A stretch of 64,000 nt of DNA from positions 496,001-560,000 of the forward strand of contig NC_043004.1 of assembly GCF_006345805.1 (NCBI RefSeq), written 5' to 3'. A model generated the notes under the pieces. The model was not told where the DNA came from, did no database searches, and saw only the letters and a list, made by a program, of their open reading frames with translations. This stretch comes from Octopus sinensis. Taxonomy: Eukaryota. Shown piece by piece: positions 14,001 to 25,680 of this stretch. A program made the position numbers and the translations under genes. Every line of letters begins with the position of its first letter. Within the stretch, counting starts at the first letter, position 1.

Positions 14001-15304
14001 CCTGTTCATTCTTCTATAGATGGATAAAAAGTTTGAAAAGCATTGTTTTTAATTAGCAAAAAATGATTGATTTTTTTTCTAAGATTTCATGTTTTATTGT
14101 GTGAAGAAAAATACCTTTGTTGTGTATTTCTCAAGTTGCTTTCATTGTACAATTTTATTTTTTGTAGCAAGATTTTGATGAAGAAGAAGATAATCTAGAC
14201 GACTGTTTCTCAAGGTAAGTTTTTCTCCAATTCTTCTCTTTTCATAAATTTAAATAATTAACATTTGGAGTTTAATATTTACATATTAAGAAGCCCACAC
14301 ACATGGATATATAGTGAAAGATAGCTTTCATATATGAAGGGTTTTAAGTTTCCTGAAACTACAAAAATATTGAAAATTTTGAGACAATTAAAAATTTTCA
14401 ATCTGATGCTGTACAACTGTGGAATGTAACTGGCAGTGTCTTATGTGATTCAACATTATTGTTATCTCACTTGATCCCTCGTAGGCTAAACTTGTTTATT
14501 CTATTTAATGGTTTCTCTGCATTTAATTATTTCCCTTCCTGTCTTGAGTTTCACATCCTAGCTGCAAGATTTTGGTTTAGATTATTTTAAAACCAGAAGT
14601 TTGCTTCATGTGATTTTGGTTGGATTGGTATCAAAAGAGATGAACTGTTTATTTAGTCAATTCCAGCTTTGTATATCCTTGTGTGTCTTTTAATAAGCCT
14701 GAATCATTGTGGCATGTAAAAAGCACCATTTGAGTGTTGGGCCTCATGGGGCAGTGACAGGTGACCAAGACCCTTGGTGATATACTGTGCTTGTGTTGAC
14801 CTGTCAAGCCAAGTGAGACTGTAGACATGGCCAGTGTCAGGTCAATGGCACGTAAAAGGTACCCACTACACTCTTGGAGTGGTTGGTGTTAGGAAGGGCA
14901 TCCAGCTGTAGAAATCTTACCAAATCAGATTAGAGCCTGTTGCAACCCCCGGCTTACCAGTTTTCAGTCAAACCGTCCAACAGCAGACATTAAACAATGG
15001 TGATACAAACACATTTTCATTTTCATCTCAATATGAACATGTCTAAAATTTGCTGGATAACTTAATATTTTAATTGTTCTCTGTACCTATATATTTGCCG
15101 AATATTAAATTAATCTTTTCGTTGTTTTTTTTTTTAAATTGCAGGCTTGCAGAATACCGAAGCAGGTTAAGGCCAACTCCTTTTACTACAGACTTTATTA
15201 AAGCTGATATTGAAACTGATGTTGGACACTATCTAAAAAATAATAACCGTTGTTTTGAAGACTATGTTTGCCCCAAAACTGTGGAGGATTTATTGTTATT
15301 ATGA
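1962..15304 (+). CDS. LDLRAP1: LDL receptor adaptor protein 1 (ARH) orthologue, 7 exons, 912 nt, 303 aa
   Basis: Manual splice join(1962..2028,10122..10279,11017..11244,11685..11795,12799..12939,14168..14214,15145..15304) is one open frame. PTB motifs FYLKYLGSTLV, IYRISFCTAD and VFAFIA, the RHHKL N-terminus and C-terminal LDDCFSRLAEYR match human LDLRAP1 as I recall it (FSLKYLGMTLV, IYRISYCTAD, RHRKL, LDEAFSRLAQSR). Confidence 0.92.
6330..9200 (-). pseudogene. Decayed, apparently spliced antisense gene nested in LDLRAP1 intron 1; product unidentified
   Basis: Protein-like frames interrupted by stops and frameshifts (e.g. LNLYINFFKPFNSRLKNAVSDQSDNEWGLFLNNDDLLKYRRLNRMLF; WFPELQEYVKLTFDMLVSCYKQQSLL; NHLESASEAAKRTRDNINDTAVLLLSY). 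Minus-strand donor CAG|GTAAGA at 8651/8650. Confidence 0.45.
7070..7358 (-). pseudogene. Best-preserved exon of the nested pseudogene
   Basis: Acceptor TGTGTAG| at 7359 and donor AAG|GTAACT at 7069. 96 codons with a single in-frame TAG (7139-7141): NENQLLERNDKFARHL...ILIKL*HYSLNKVFGIQIFYRYILPSIHK. Confidence 0.55.
9245..9253. promoter_or_regulatory. E-box (TCACGTGAC) upstream of the nested antisense gene
   Basis: CACGTG palindrome in a small CpG-richer patch just 5' of the minus-strand pseudogene. Motif match only. Confidence 0.25.
10122..10279 (+). CDS. LDLRAP1: LDLRAP1 exon 2 (start of PTB domain)
   Basis: Acceptor TTACAG, donor ATG|GTAAGC; encodes KLHDKWGENLDTVNDGLTFYLKYLGSTLVEE...KAIQRVIAM. 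Confidence 0.93.
11017..11244 (+). CDS. LDLRAP1: LDLRAP1 exon 3 (PTB core)
   Basis: Acceptor TCACAG, donor ATT|GTAAGT; encodes EKNSGKKWRKVALNVSSQGI...CPKRKI. Confidence 0.95.
11685..11795 (+). CDS. LDLRAP1: LDLRAP1 exon 4 (PTB C-terminal helix)
   Basis: Acceptor TTTCAG, donor ATC|GTAAGT; encodes AHDVTLTVSQSFSIAEYLELEEEQEERRKAEKEDNRI. Confidence 0.92.
12799..12939 (+). CDS. LDLRAP1: LDLRAP1 exon 5 (Ser/Pro-rich linker)
   Basis: Poly-T acceptor TTGCAG, donor CTG|GTAAGA, phase 0/0, 47 open codons YASDLIEIPEDD...PCINL. Confidence 0.87.
13196..13455 (+). mobile_element. hAT-type MITE in LDLRAP1 intron 5
   Basis: Imperfect TIRs CAGGGCTGTGGAATC / GACTCCACAACCCTT flanked by a perfect 8-bp TSD ATTTATAT (13188-13195 and 13456-13463). 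Confidence 0.75.
14168..14214 (+). CDS. LDLRAP1: LDLRAP1 exon 6
   Basis: Acceptor TTGTAG, donor AG|GTAAGT; encodes QDFDEEEDNLDDCFS(R). Confidence 0.9.
15145..15304 (+). CDS. LDLRAP1: LDLRAP1 exon 7 (last coding exon)
   Basis: Acceptor TTGCAG, phase 2; encodes (R)LAEYRSRLRPTPF...VEDLLLL then TGA. Confidence 0.9.
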
Positions 15305-18300
15305 AGTTGAATTTAATTTTAAGACTGAAAACAAATTATAATTGTGTGTGCATATATATATGTATATATATATATATATGTGTGTATATATATAATGTCA
15401 CATATACAAACCAAAAGACTTCTTTAATTAACTGAACTTATGTTGGCCTAAGAAATTTAACGACTCATTTTTGTACTATACATTCATCTATCAAAAGGAA
15501 GATCTTCTATAACAGACTTACAAAAGGGAAAAAAAGACTTCAAGCTTTGACATCATTTGTACTATGTACATCTGCGACTTCCCCCCTGAAAATTTCTATT
15601 GAAATAATCCAGTCAAAACAAGTTTCAAATAGAAACTTCTTTTTCTTTTCTTTTTTTTTATGCTATTTATTGATTGCTCAATTTGCTCAAACAAATCTAA
15701 AGAGTAATTAAATATTCTGGCAATGAATTCTGGTCAATTTTTAAAGATATTTTAGAAAACCAGAAATATGTAAAATCATTATTTCTTTTTCTTTATAAAT
15801 CATTATTAAATAATGTTTGACAGTATTCATTAATTTTATATATATATATCATTTTTCATTAATTAATTAATTACTTCTTCAAAAAATATATTATCCAAAA
15901 CAAATTTAAAAAAAAAATAATTTCCTTTTACCTTTGTTCAGGAACAAAATTAGGACATAGATCTGAAATTCTATAGTGATAAAAATTATTATTCTAAATA
16001 TTGTAAGAAACTGTTTATTCTAGTAAAACCCTAATCCGTTTCTCTGATTTCAAAAAGAATCCATTATTCTCTGAAAATCCAAGAGTATTATTGTATTATT
16101 TCTGGTTTTCTTCTTTTACCAAAATTTGTTATGTTTGGAAAAACTTGGAATATTTTTTTATATAAAACAAAGACAATTGAACTAAACTTCAGTGTGTTAT
16201 ACACACTGGAATTGTTTCCTTACGTGCTTTTTATCACGTATACACACACACACGCTCTTGCACACATACATACATACACACATATCAGAGACCAGAAAAG
16301 TCCAGAAAGTCTGTAATTACTCTTCAACTGCTGGTAAATCAGTAATATTAATACTAAAAAAAAAACACAAAACACATTCCTATTGTAATAACTTCTTTTT
16401 TTTTAACCTTTTAAGTCTAGAAAGTAACTATTACTCTCTCTCCCTCTCCTTCACTTTCTCTGTTCAGACTGAATTTTTTTTTTATATAACAATTTTAAAA
16501 AACATTAACAAAATAACTTTCTTTTTAGTTGTAATAATGCAATAGCTGAGGTCAAGATGATGTATCACTGGTTCAAACCATTGCTGCAGTATTGCATAGT
16601 AACCTTTATAATAGCAGGCACCTTCAGTGATGCTTAGCACTAACCTATGTTTGAATGGTTGGGAAAGATACCCGGATCTAACAAATAAAATAACTGTAAA
16701 AGTTTTTTTTTTCAATACTGTATATATGTATATGCATGTGTGTACATACATACATATATATGTGTGTTTATATATATTCTATATATAATATATATGTATA
16801 TATATTCTATATATAATATATATGTATATATATTCTATATATAATATATATGTATATATATTCTATATATAATATATATGTATATATATTCTATATATAA
16901 TATATATGTATATATTTATTGTGTATATATATATTCTATATATAATATATATATTTTATATATATAAAATCAACTATACTTGAATTTTCAGAACCATTCA
17001 ATAGTGTTGTGCTATTTTAGAAAAACATGAATTTAAGAAGGGGGAAAAAAAGAAAAAGATAAGAAATTTGCCTTCTTGCAAAATAAGCAAGACAAAATAT
17101 AAGGAATTAATTTGAAGACAAAAATACAACACGTCTAATGAATTTGAAATAATGCTCCTCCAATTTTTTTTTTCTTAACTTCACCAACATTTTCTTAATA
17201 GGCCCTTCATACATACATATATTTATTTATCATTTGTTCATACATTCATAATAAAAAATAATTGAGGAGTAAGAAATCTCAAATTCATTATTTTAAGAAG
17301 TTTATCCCAATTTGTATCAAACTGCCATTATTGACTGCTGATTTTAATTAAAATTGCTGTATAAATTAGAATCAAACAGGCTTGTTCTTTTTGTATATTT
17401 CATACTTTATTTCTCTTTTTTTTATCCTGTACATGTCTGTTTTTTTAAAGGCTAATTTCCAGAAAACAACAATACATAAAAATAAACGAGAAAAGAAAAA
17501 AAACTAAACAGCAACATATTATTTGCTTGTTTTCTTTTGTTTTTCTTTTCTGGTTGAAAATGGTTGAAATTTTTTTGCTTAATTTAGCAAAAAGTTTTTG
17601 TTCCTAATCACTTAACTTTACAGAATTTACTAGATGGGTAATCCAGAATGTAAATTATTTAAAGGAGAACATATCCTTTTTTAGACATATTTTCTAAATT
17701 TTTGTCTATTACCTTATTTTAATTAATTTGCTCTCGATTTTCCTTTGGAATCAACCAGAATTTTTCTTCTGTAATTTTAATGTGTTTCAAATGTTCAGTG
17801 ATTAGTTTTTAAAAAATCCCCACAAAAACCTGGAAGAGAATGGTTTAATGATATTCACATGGGCCATTCTCTTACTTGTTTGTCCTTCGGAAAGATTTAT
17901 CTGGAAATTATGCTGTTTATTTTTTCATTACTTGTTTTATTAATTTCTTTTCTTATTTGCTCTCCTTTATACATAAATAGACACTTTCTCTGTGATATAC
18001 TGCTATCGTTAGGAAGATAAGGTTTTTCCGGGTCAGTATTTCTATCTCTTGATAAAGTTATTTTTATTCTCCTTAAAAACAATTGATAAATGATCTCAGG
18101 GTCTACTTCAGATGTCATAAACAAAAACAAGCTTTGATAATAATTGATAGTTATACCAAATAACCTAAAACAAAGATAGACAAATAGAAAAACATGAGCA
18201 AACTATAACAAGTCGAAACGAATCAGATGACATGAAAGACTCTTTATTTACATCTTCTTATCTCATATTGATTATTTTCATTTACTCAAGTTCTCCCAGC

Positions 18301-18560
18301 AACTGTCTCAGCTGATAATTAAGCATCATACTGCAGAACAGATAAAAATTTGGTTCTGTTTTCAGTGACTAAGATAGTTACATTTTCTCTTCATTATGTT
18401 TATTTATTAATGATTCTATAAAAAGAACTTTCTTAATCAAATGGGGTTTGTTTCATCAGATCTAAAGTCTTAATGGTCCAAATGATATCAACATAGATCT
18501 TTAAATATTTTATATTTATAATTCACAGACATCAAGGTGTTTTTTTTTATTTAATAAAAT
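15305..18560 (+). other. Putative long 3' UTR of LDLRAP1
   Basis: Very AT-rich and free of recognisable SINEs after the stop. AATAAA at about 16684, 17250, 17481 and 18553. The true end is unknown. Confidence 0.35.
16765..16915. repeat. 28-bp AT-rich minisatellite, about 5 copies
   Basis: TTCT anchors at 16777, 16805, 16833, 16861 and 16889. Confidence 0.85.
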
Positions 18561-20194
18561 TTTTTTTTTTTTTTTTTTTTTTTGTTTTGTTAGGGAAAAA
18601 ATGAATTAAAAAGAAACAGGTCTCCTACTCTCTGCTATACACAACTATTTGTATTTGTGATTGACCCCTTCTGATAATTAGCTCCACATTACTGCTGGTT
18701 AATAATGGCATAGCTTACACATTACTTTTGTAACTTGTTTTGACTTTAGTATCAGACTCAGTAGGTCTCTGTTTATAACAATATATATTCAGTCCAGAAG
18801 GTGGAGCTAAAATGCCATATGTCTTGGCATTTATCATGAAACCTTTTGAGACACTACACAAATTAGGTCATGTTGTTGGATACATAAGAATGGGCTAATT
18901 TTTTTAATTGTTGCAGTATATTGTGTTATTGCTTAACTGGAAAAAGAAATATATACATGGTAAATGTTAGTGTGTTCTTTAAAAAAAGCAAAAAAAAAGT
19001 TTAAAAAAAACCCTATCCCACCACAAATTCAGTCACAAGCCTAAAGGATTATAAACCGAAATTAATTTAAATTCTGTATGTAATCTTCCTTTTGTATCAT
19101 TAAGGATAAATATATATTTATATATACATATATTTTTGTTGCTGTTTATATGTTTGATATTTTTCTGGGGCAATATGAAATTTGTTCCGTGTACATTGTA
19201 AATTTTGCATATATATTTATTATTTTTCATTAAATTAAGCCTTATATGTTAATAGCGATGACATTGTAGTCTTTCTTTCTAAATAATGAAGCTCTTGGTA
19301 TTACTAATTAAAATAGATACGTTTTTAATTAGCTAAAATTTTGCAGAGCATTTACGAAAATATAAAATTTTTACTAAGGACTCCCAGGGCCAATTACTCA
19401 GTTTTCCTGGTTTATAAAAGACGAGGATTGCAACATTCCCATGGATGGAATCCCAGTCCTTTGCAAGGTTTACAGCCGAGTGACCTGGAGCAATATGAAA
19501 CTAATTGTTCCACCCAGTTTAGGAATGGAAACCTTCATCTTGCAATGCAAAATGCAACACCCTGACCACTGGGTCATTTAGTATTAATCATTGTTACTTT
19601 GGAGATTTCTGTACAGAAAGTTTATTTTGGTTCTAGGTTGTTGAAAGGCTTAGATTTGATTATCCAGTAGGAATCATCTTGACTGGAAATTTCAGAACAA
19701 TTCAGAGAACTTAATATATATTTGAGGTAAATCATAAATTTTAAAAATAGGACGGAAAAATAATTGCATATTGGTTTGAGGAATGTTTGATAATAATCAT
19801 TTAAGAGTACAAGAATCTTTGATTTTCCCTGACTATATTCAACCTGGTTATGTAGTCAAAACTTGCAAAATGTTTGTAAGCTTTCTTCCCAAATAATGGT
19901 TCATTTACAAGTTTTAGGAAATATTTCTCTTCAAAACATATTAAATTGTGTTGTTTAGGACTTCACACCAAGTACTCTGTAGAGTTCATTGAATTAATAC
20001 TCATAGATACTTAGGTGCAGGCTGTGTGGTAAGAACTCTGCTTCTCAACCACATGGTTCTGAGTTCAGTCCTGCTGCATGGTATCTTAGGCAAGTGTCTT
20101 CTACTATAGCTTCAGGCTAACCAAAGCCTTCTGGGTGGATTTGGTAGGTGGAAATTAAAAGATGCTTGTTTGTGTGTGTGTGTGTGTGTATATA

Positions 20195-20685
20195 TGATGG
20201 TGAGTTAAAAAGTAATGCCATTTTGTTTAGGACGGGTATAATTACCAACACAGGAACATGTATCATACATCAAAATGAAGCTGGTCCTCTGTGGATCACA
20301 TCCCTACTTCTCAACATAGTCACCGTTTCTCTCAATAGCAATGTTCCACCTTTGAATGAGAGCATGTGTCCCTGCCCCGTAAAATTCTGTTGACTGTTCT
20401 TTGAGCCACTTCTTCACTACAGTTTTCACTTCCTCATCACCAGAGTTAGCACCTTCAGACTATCATTTCTTTGGCCCCATAAAAGAGGGTTTGAGAGGCA
20501 AACATTTCAGTGATGAAGCAGTGAAAACTATTGAAATGGCTCAAAGAACAGTCAACAGAATGTTATGGGGCAGGGACACATGCTCTCATATGAAGGTGGA
20601 TCCACTTTCATGTATGATACATGTTCCTGTATTGGTAATTATACCTGTCCTAAATAAAATGGCATTACTTTTTGATTCACCCTCG
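20195..20685. mobile_element. Fold-back mariner derivative made of two transposase 3' ends, TA-flanked
   Basis: Ends TA|TGATGGTGAGTTAAAAAGTAATGCC and GGCATTACTTTTTGATTCACCCTCG|TA. The left arm reads GDEEVKTVVKKWLKEQ...RNGDYVEK* on -. The right arm reads SPELAPSDYHFFGPIKEGLRGKHF on +. Confidence 0.8.
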
Positions 20686-20719
20686 TATACATACATACAT
20701 ATATATATATGTATGTATA

Positions 20720-21256
20720 TTGGGTTGTCCAGAAAGTTTGTGCCGATTTTTAAAGGAAAGAAAAAGGTCAATAAATACTTGCCATTACACTTTTAATCAA
20801 CTAAATATGAACCATTTTGTTGCACAATGCATTTCCATCTTTCCTTTAACTTGAAAATACCCTCTTCCCAGAATTGAGGTGGTTTCATGGCAAAGAATTC
20901 ATCAAGGTATCTTTTTACATCATCCAAGGAATTGAAATTTTTACCATTAAGACTATTCTGCAGAGACCTGAATAAGTGGAAATCCGAAAGAGCAACATCT
21001 GGTGAATATGGAGGGTGGGGTAACACATCCCAGCTGAGCTGCAGCAATTTTTGTTTGGTTCCCAAAGCATCAAGTGCTGAAAATGAACTATCTCATCTTC
21101 CATTTTAAAGGGTTACAGAATTAACACAGGTTATAAGAACATAAACTTTCTTCCACGGAGGTGTAGTCAAATTCTATTTTATGGACTCAACCATGTTCTA
21201 AAATAAGTTGAAAGGTAAGCTACTATAAATCGGCACAAACTTTCCGGACAACCCAA
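20720..21256 (-). mobile_element. Internally deleted mariner (DD34D family) element
   Basis: 30-bp TIRs TTGGGTTGTCC(A/G)GAAAGTTTGTGCCGATTT with 1 mismatch, TA on both sides. N-terminal MEDEIVHFQHLML is joined to a C-terminal ~88 aa containing HPPYSPDVALSDFHLF. Confidence 0.9.
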
Positions 21257-21930
21257 TATTTATAAATTGTCTCTGTGTTTGTCCCTGTTGCTGTTTGACA
21301 ACTGGTGTTGGTGTGTTTACATTTACATAACTTAGCAGTTTGACAAAAGAGAGTAAATAAGTACCAAGCTTTGAAAAAAAAAAAGAAAAGTACCAGGCCT
21401 GATATTTTTGACTAAAATTCTTCAAGGCAGTGCTGTAGTGTGGAATGCAGTCAAGTGACCGAAACAAGTAAAAGGTATATTAAGAGTATTGTTTTAACTT
21501 TCAAAAAGATGGAAGTTAAACCTGATAGGATTTGAACACAGATCAAGAAGTGAAATTAAATACTGCAGAGCATTCAGTGAGGTGCTCGACCAGCTTACCA
21601 TCCTACCAATATCATCATCATCATTTAATGTCCATTGTCCATGCTGGCATGGGTTGGACGGTTTAACCAGAGCTGGAAGGCTGTGCCAAGCTCCAGTCTG
21701 ATTTGGTATCGTTTCCTACAGTTGGATGCCCTTCCTAACATAAACCACTCTGAGAGTGTAATGGATATTTTTATGTGCCACTGGCACAGGTGCCATTTGC
21801 ATGACACCGGTATCTGTCCCAACAGCTTGGCTTGATGGGTCTTTTCAAGCACAACATAATGCCAAAGCTCTTGGTCATTGCCTCTGTGAGGCCCAAAACT
21901 TGAAAGGAACTCGGCCACTTTGCCCCCTTA

Positions 21931-22302
21931 ATATTTCATACACCTGTCCAAAGCATTCTCGTGAATTTGGTCCTAAACGATATGCTTGTTTTTCTCACTA
22001 ATGAACCTTTTTTGGGACCAAATTGTGACTAGTGACAAGAAATGGGTTCTCTAGAAAAATGTCAAGCATCAAAGATGGGGTACAGAAAGGAGAAACACCG
22101 GCACCCCAAGCTAAAGATCTTTACCCACTTATGGTGCTGTTACCTGTTGGGTGGAATATGAATGGTCTGGTCCACTTTGAACTTAAAAACTCAAACCAAA
22201 CAACAGCAAGGGAGATCTACTGGGAGCAACTAAAGTCAGCACTAGAAGAACCTTGCTTTATATGTTCTGAATAATAAAGAAAAAAGCCTTCCTCTTGTAA
22301 GT
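21931..22302 (+). mobile_element. Mariner transposase internal fragment, degraded
   Basis: Remnants of IVT(G)DEKW (here VTSDKKW), GWNMNGLVHFEL and NQT...IYWEQLKSALEE. Confidence 0.7.
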
Positions 22303-23207
22303 CCCAAGTTACTTCGGTATTTGAAAAACATTGAGAATCATCGTCGTCGTTTAACATCTGCTTTCCATGCTGGCATGTTTAACGGTTTAACTGAGGTCTG
22401 GCAAGCCAGGAGGCAGCACCAGGCTCCAATCTGATCTGGCAAAGTTTCTACAGCTGGATGCCCTTCCTAATGCCAACCACTCTGAGAATGTAGTGGGTGC
22501 TTTTTATGTGCCACTGACATTGACCATGCTTAAATAGTGCTTTTTACATGCCACCAACATGGAACCAGTCAGGCAGCACTGGCAACATTCACGCTTGAAT
22601 AGTGCTTTTTACATGCCACTGGCACTGGTATCAGCCATGCTCAAATGGTGCTTTTTACTTCCCACCTGCACAGGAGCCAGTCAGGCGGCACTGGCAATGA
22701 TCATGCTTGAATGGTGCGGACGCCAGGGAAATATGTCCTGTGTATTGTGTTATACTGGACAGGCAAAGGGTTAATAGTTTCAACTTGATTTAGTTGAGCT
22801 TTATTTTATACAAATACATAAAAACTAAACTGCATTTGAACAACCTCTACATGGTTGCTGAACCCACTAGAAATAGCAGCCAATTTTCTCTCAAGTAACA
22901 CCTTGTCATATAAGAAAACGAAATATCACTAGAAATGTTCTTGATGCCCTTAAGATAGTATGGTCATGACTGGAATGTCTTTTCTTTATGAGTTATGCTC
23001 AGAGTTGATTGAGGCTAAACAACACATCAATCAACATGTGACTTATTTCAATGGCTCCAGAGGCAGAGAAAGGCAAAGGTAACTAGAGTGAATTTTAAAT
23101 ACAGACAGACAGGGTTCCATCCCACTGGCATCTTGAGCAAGTTTCTCTTGTACCATAGCCCTGGACTGACTTGATGCCATGTGTATATATATATATATAT
23201 ATATATA

Positions 23208-23598
23208 TTCTTTTAATCTATTACTTGTTTCAGTCATTTAACTGTGGCCATGCTGGAGCACTGCCTTTAATTGAACAAATCGATCCCAGAACTTATTCTT
23301 TATAAGCCTAGTACTTATTCTATCGCTCTCTTTGGCCAAACCACTAAATTACTGGGACATAAACACACCAACATCGGTTGTCAAGCGATAGTGGGGGACA
23401 AACATAGGCACACACATATATATATATACATACGACAGGCTTCTTTCAGTTTCCATCTCACCAAATCCATTCACAAGGTTTTGGTTGGCCCAAAGCTACT
23501 GTAGAAGACACTTTCCCAAGGTGCCACGCAGTGAGATCTAACCTGGAACCATGTGGTTGGGAGGCAAGCTTCTTACCACACAACCACTCCTGCGCCTA
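23208..23598 (-). mobile_element. CORE-type tRNA SINE, near full length
   Basis: Same family as 56170-56578. More than 15 further whole or partial copies lie between 20 and 64 kb. Confidence 0.85.
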
Positions 23599-23789
23599 TA
23601 TATATAACATTCATCTATGTGTTTGTTCGACACTGCTACTTGACAACCAGTGTTGGTTTATTTATGTCCCTGTGACTTAGAGACTGATACCAATAAGTAC
23701 CAGCTCCAGCATGGCCATAGTCAAGTGACTGAAACGAGATATAAAGGGATGAAACCAAGCCCTCAGAAATTCATGGCCTGACTCTGCCT

Positions 23790-24050
23790 GCCACTCCAGT
23801 TCCTTAAATGTCATTCACAACATCAAGATCTCATCAGCTTAGAACCTAATGAATTTACTCGACCAATCGGGAGACCCTGAAATGCTTTATGGATAAGGAG
23901 TTATCTCCCTTGCTGGAGATAGTTAACTGCCTGATAGAAACTGAGGAAGGATATAAATGCCAGCATAGAAAACCAGATGTAAAACATACAAAAGACTGCC
24001 ATTGGGCAACTGTACAAAATAATCTTCTGTTGCAATGAAATGAAGAGATG
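23790..24050 (+). mobile_element. Possible heavily decayed Penelope-type RT fragment
   Basis: LNVIHNIKIS and LKCFMDKELSPLLEIVNCLIETEEGYKCQHRKP loosely resemble LNSIHPNIKFT and FTMEKE..LPFLDVLI....YRKP. Confidence 0.25.
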
Positions 24051-25322
24051 CACTTAAATTGACAATTAACAAAATGGTTGTTCTCACGACGCCTATTGAC
24101 TTCATGTGTAGCTTGAGTGCTTTAATGAAAGGCCATAAAAGGATTGTCTTTTCCCTCTGATACAGATGTAACGCATTTTGTACATACAGTAGTATGTGTA
24201 GGGGCAGAAATGGCTGTGTGATAAGAGGTTTGGCTCCCAACCGCTTGGTCTGTGGTTAAGTCCCACTGCATGGTACCTTGGGCAAGTGTTTTCTGTTATA
24301 GCCCTGGATTGCTGAGGATTTGTGAGTAAATTTGGTAGCTGGAAACTGAAAGCAGCTTATCATGTGTGTGTGAGTGTGCCTGTGTTTCTTTGCCCTGATG
24401 TCCATCATCATCATCATCATCATCATTGTCATCGTCGTTTAACGTCCACTTTCCATGCTGGCATGGGTTGAATGGTTCGACAGGAGTCTGGGAAGCCAGA
24501 AGGCTGCACCAGGCTCGTCTGATCTGGCAGTGTTTCTACAGCCGGATGCCCTTCCTAACGCCAACCACTCCATGAGTGTAGTGGGTGCTTTTTATGTACC
24601 AGGTGAGGCTGGCAACAGCCACGATCAGTTGGTGCTTTTTACGTTCCACCGGCACAGGAGCCTGTCGAGGCGGCACTGGCAACGGCCACGTTCGGATGGT
24701 GCTTTCTACGTGCCACTGGCACTGGTATCACAACTACAATTTCCATTGAGTAACACCATCTGCATTAAGGGTGATGTCCCTAAAGTTTTGTGGAAACATG
24801 TCTGGGGTCATGGGGAAATATTTCCTTATTTGGAAATAGGTGAGGATTGGCAACAAGAAGGCCATCCAACTATAGAAAAATCTACCTCAATAAACTCTTC
24901 CTGACTTATGCAAGCATGGAAAACACACACACACATAGATTTAGTGACTGAGTAACAATACTTGGAGAGGATAACACATTCATAACATTATATTTTACTC
25001 TACATAGGCCTATAATTATGTTAAAAGATAAATACCAGAATGCTTGAATTATTGACAGAACCCAGCCCTCTAACTTCTCAATATTTGCATTGCTGAGAAT
25101 GTCAAGGATCATGAGACTTCACTATTTCAATATTGATAACAGAACATCACTAAAATCTCTGATAATGACATTTAACAGTCCTTAAGGTATTGCTCTCACT
25201 GTTATTACAAACCTTGTTCATATTAAGGAGTTTCATATTTATGCAAGTCATACTGTCCACTTTTTTTTAAACTGCATATATGGTATGGCTTAATATAGAC
25301 ACCAGCAGCAGGGATATTTGCT

Positions 25323-25680
25323 GACTTGCAAGGGGAAGGCTTTTTTTTTATTACTCAGAACATATAAAACAAGGTTCTTCCAGCGCTGACTTAAGCTGCT
25401 CGCAGTAGATCTTGCTATTGTTTGGTTTCAGTTTAAAAGTTCAAGTGGACCAGACCTTTCATATTCAACCAAACAGGTAACAACACCTTATGTGGGTAAA
25501 GACCTTTAGCCTGGGATGCCGGTGTTTCTCCTTTCTGTACCCCGTCTTTGATACTTGACATTTTTCTAGGGAACCCATTTCTTGTCACTAGTCATTATTT
25601 GGTCAGTGAGAAAAACAAGCATATCATTTAGGACCAAATTCACGAGAATGCTTTGGACAGGCAGTGGATGTATGAAATAT
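25323..25680 (-). mobile_element. Inverted copy of the 21931-22302 mariner fragment
   Basis: Reverse-complement similarity along the length, including ATTCTCGTGAATTTGGTCCTAAA and CTAGTGACAAGAAATGGG. Confidence 0.7.

Noticed and set aside
17870-18130. 77-aa minus-strand ORF near a GTAAGA donor
   Set aside because: No recognisable motif, a stop before the donor in the long frame, and no partner exons.
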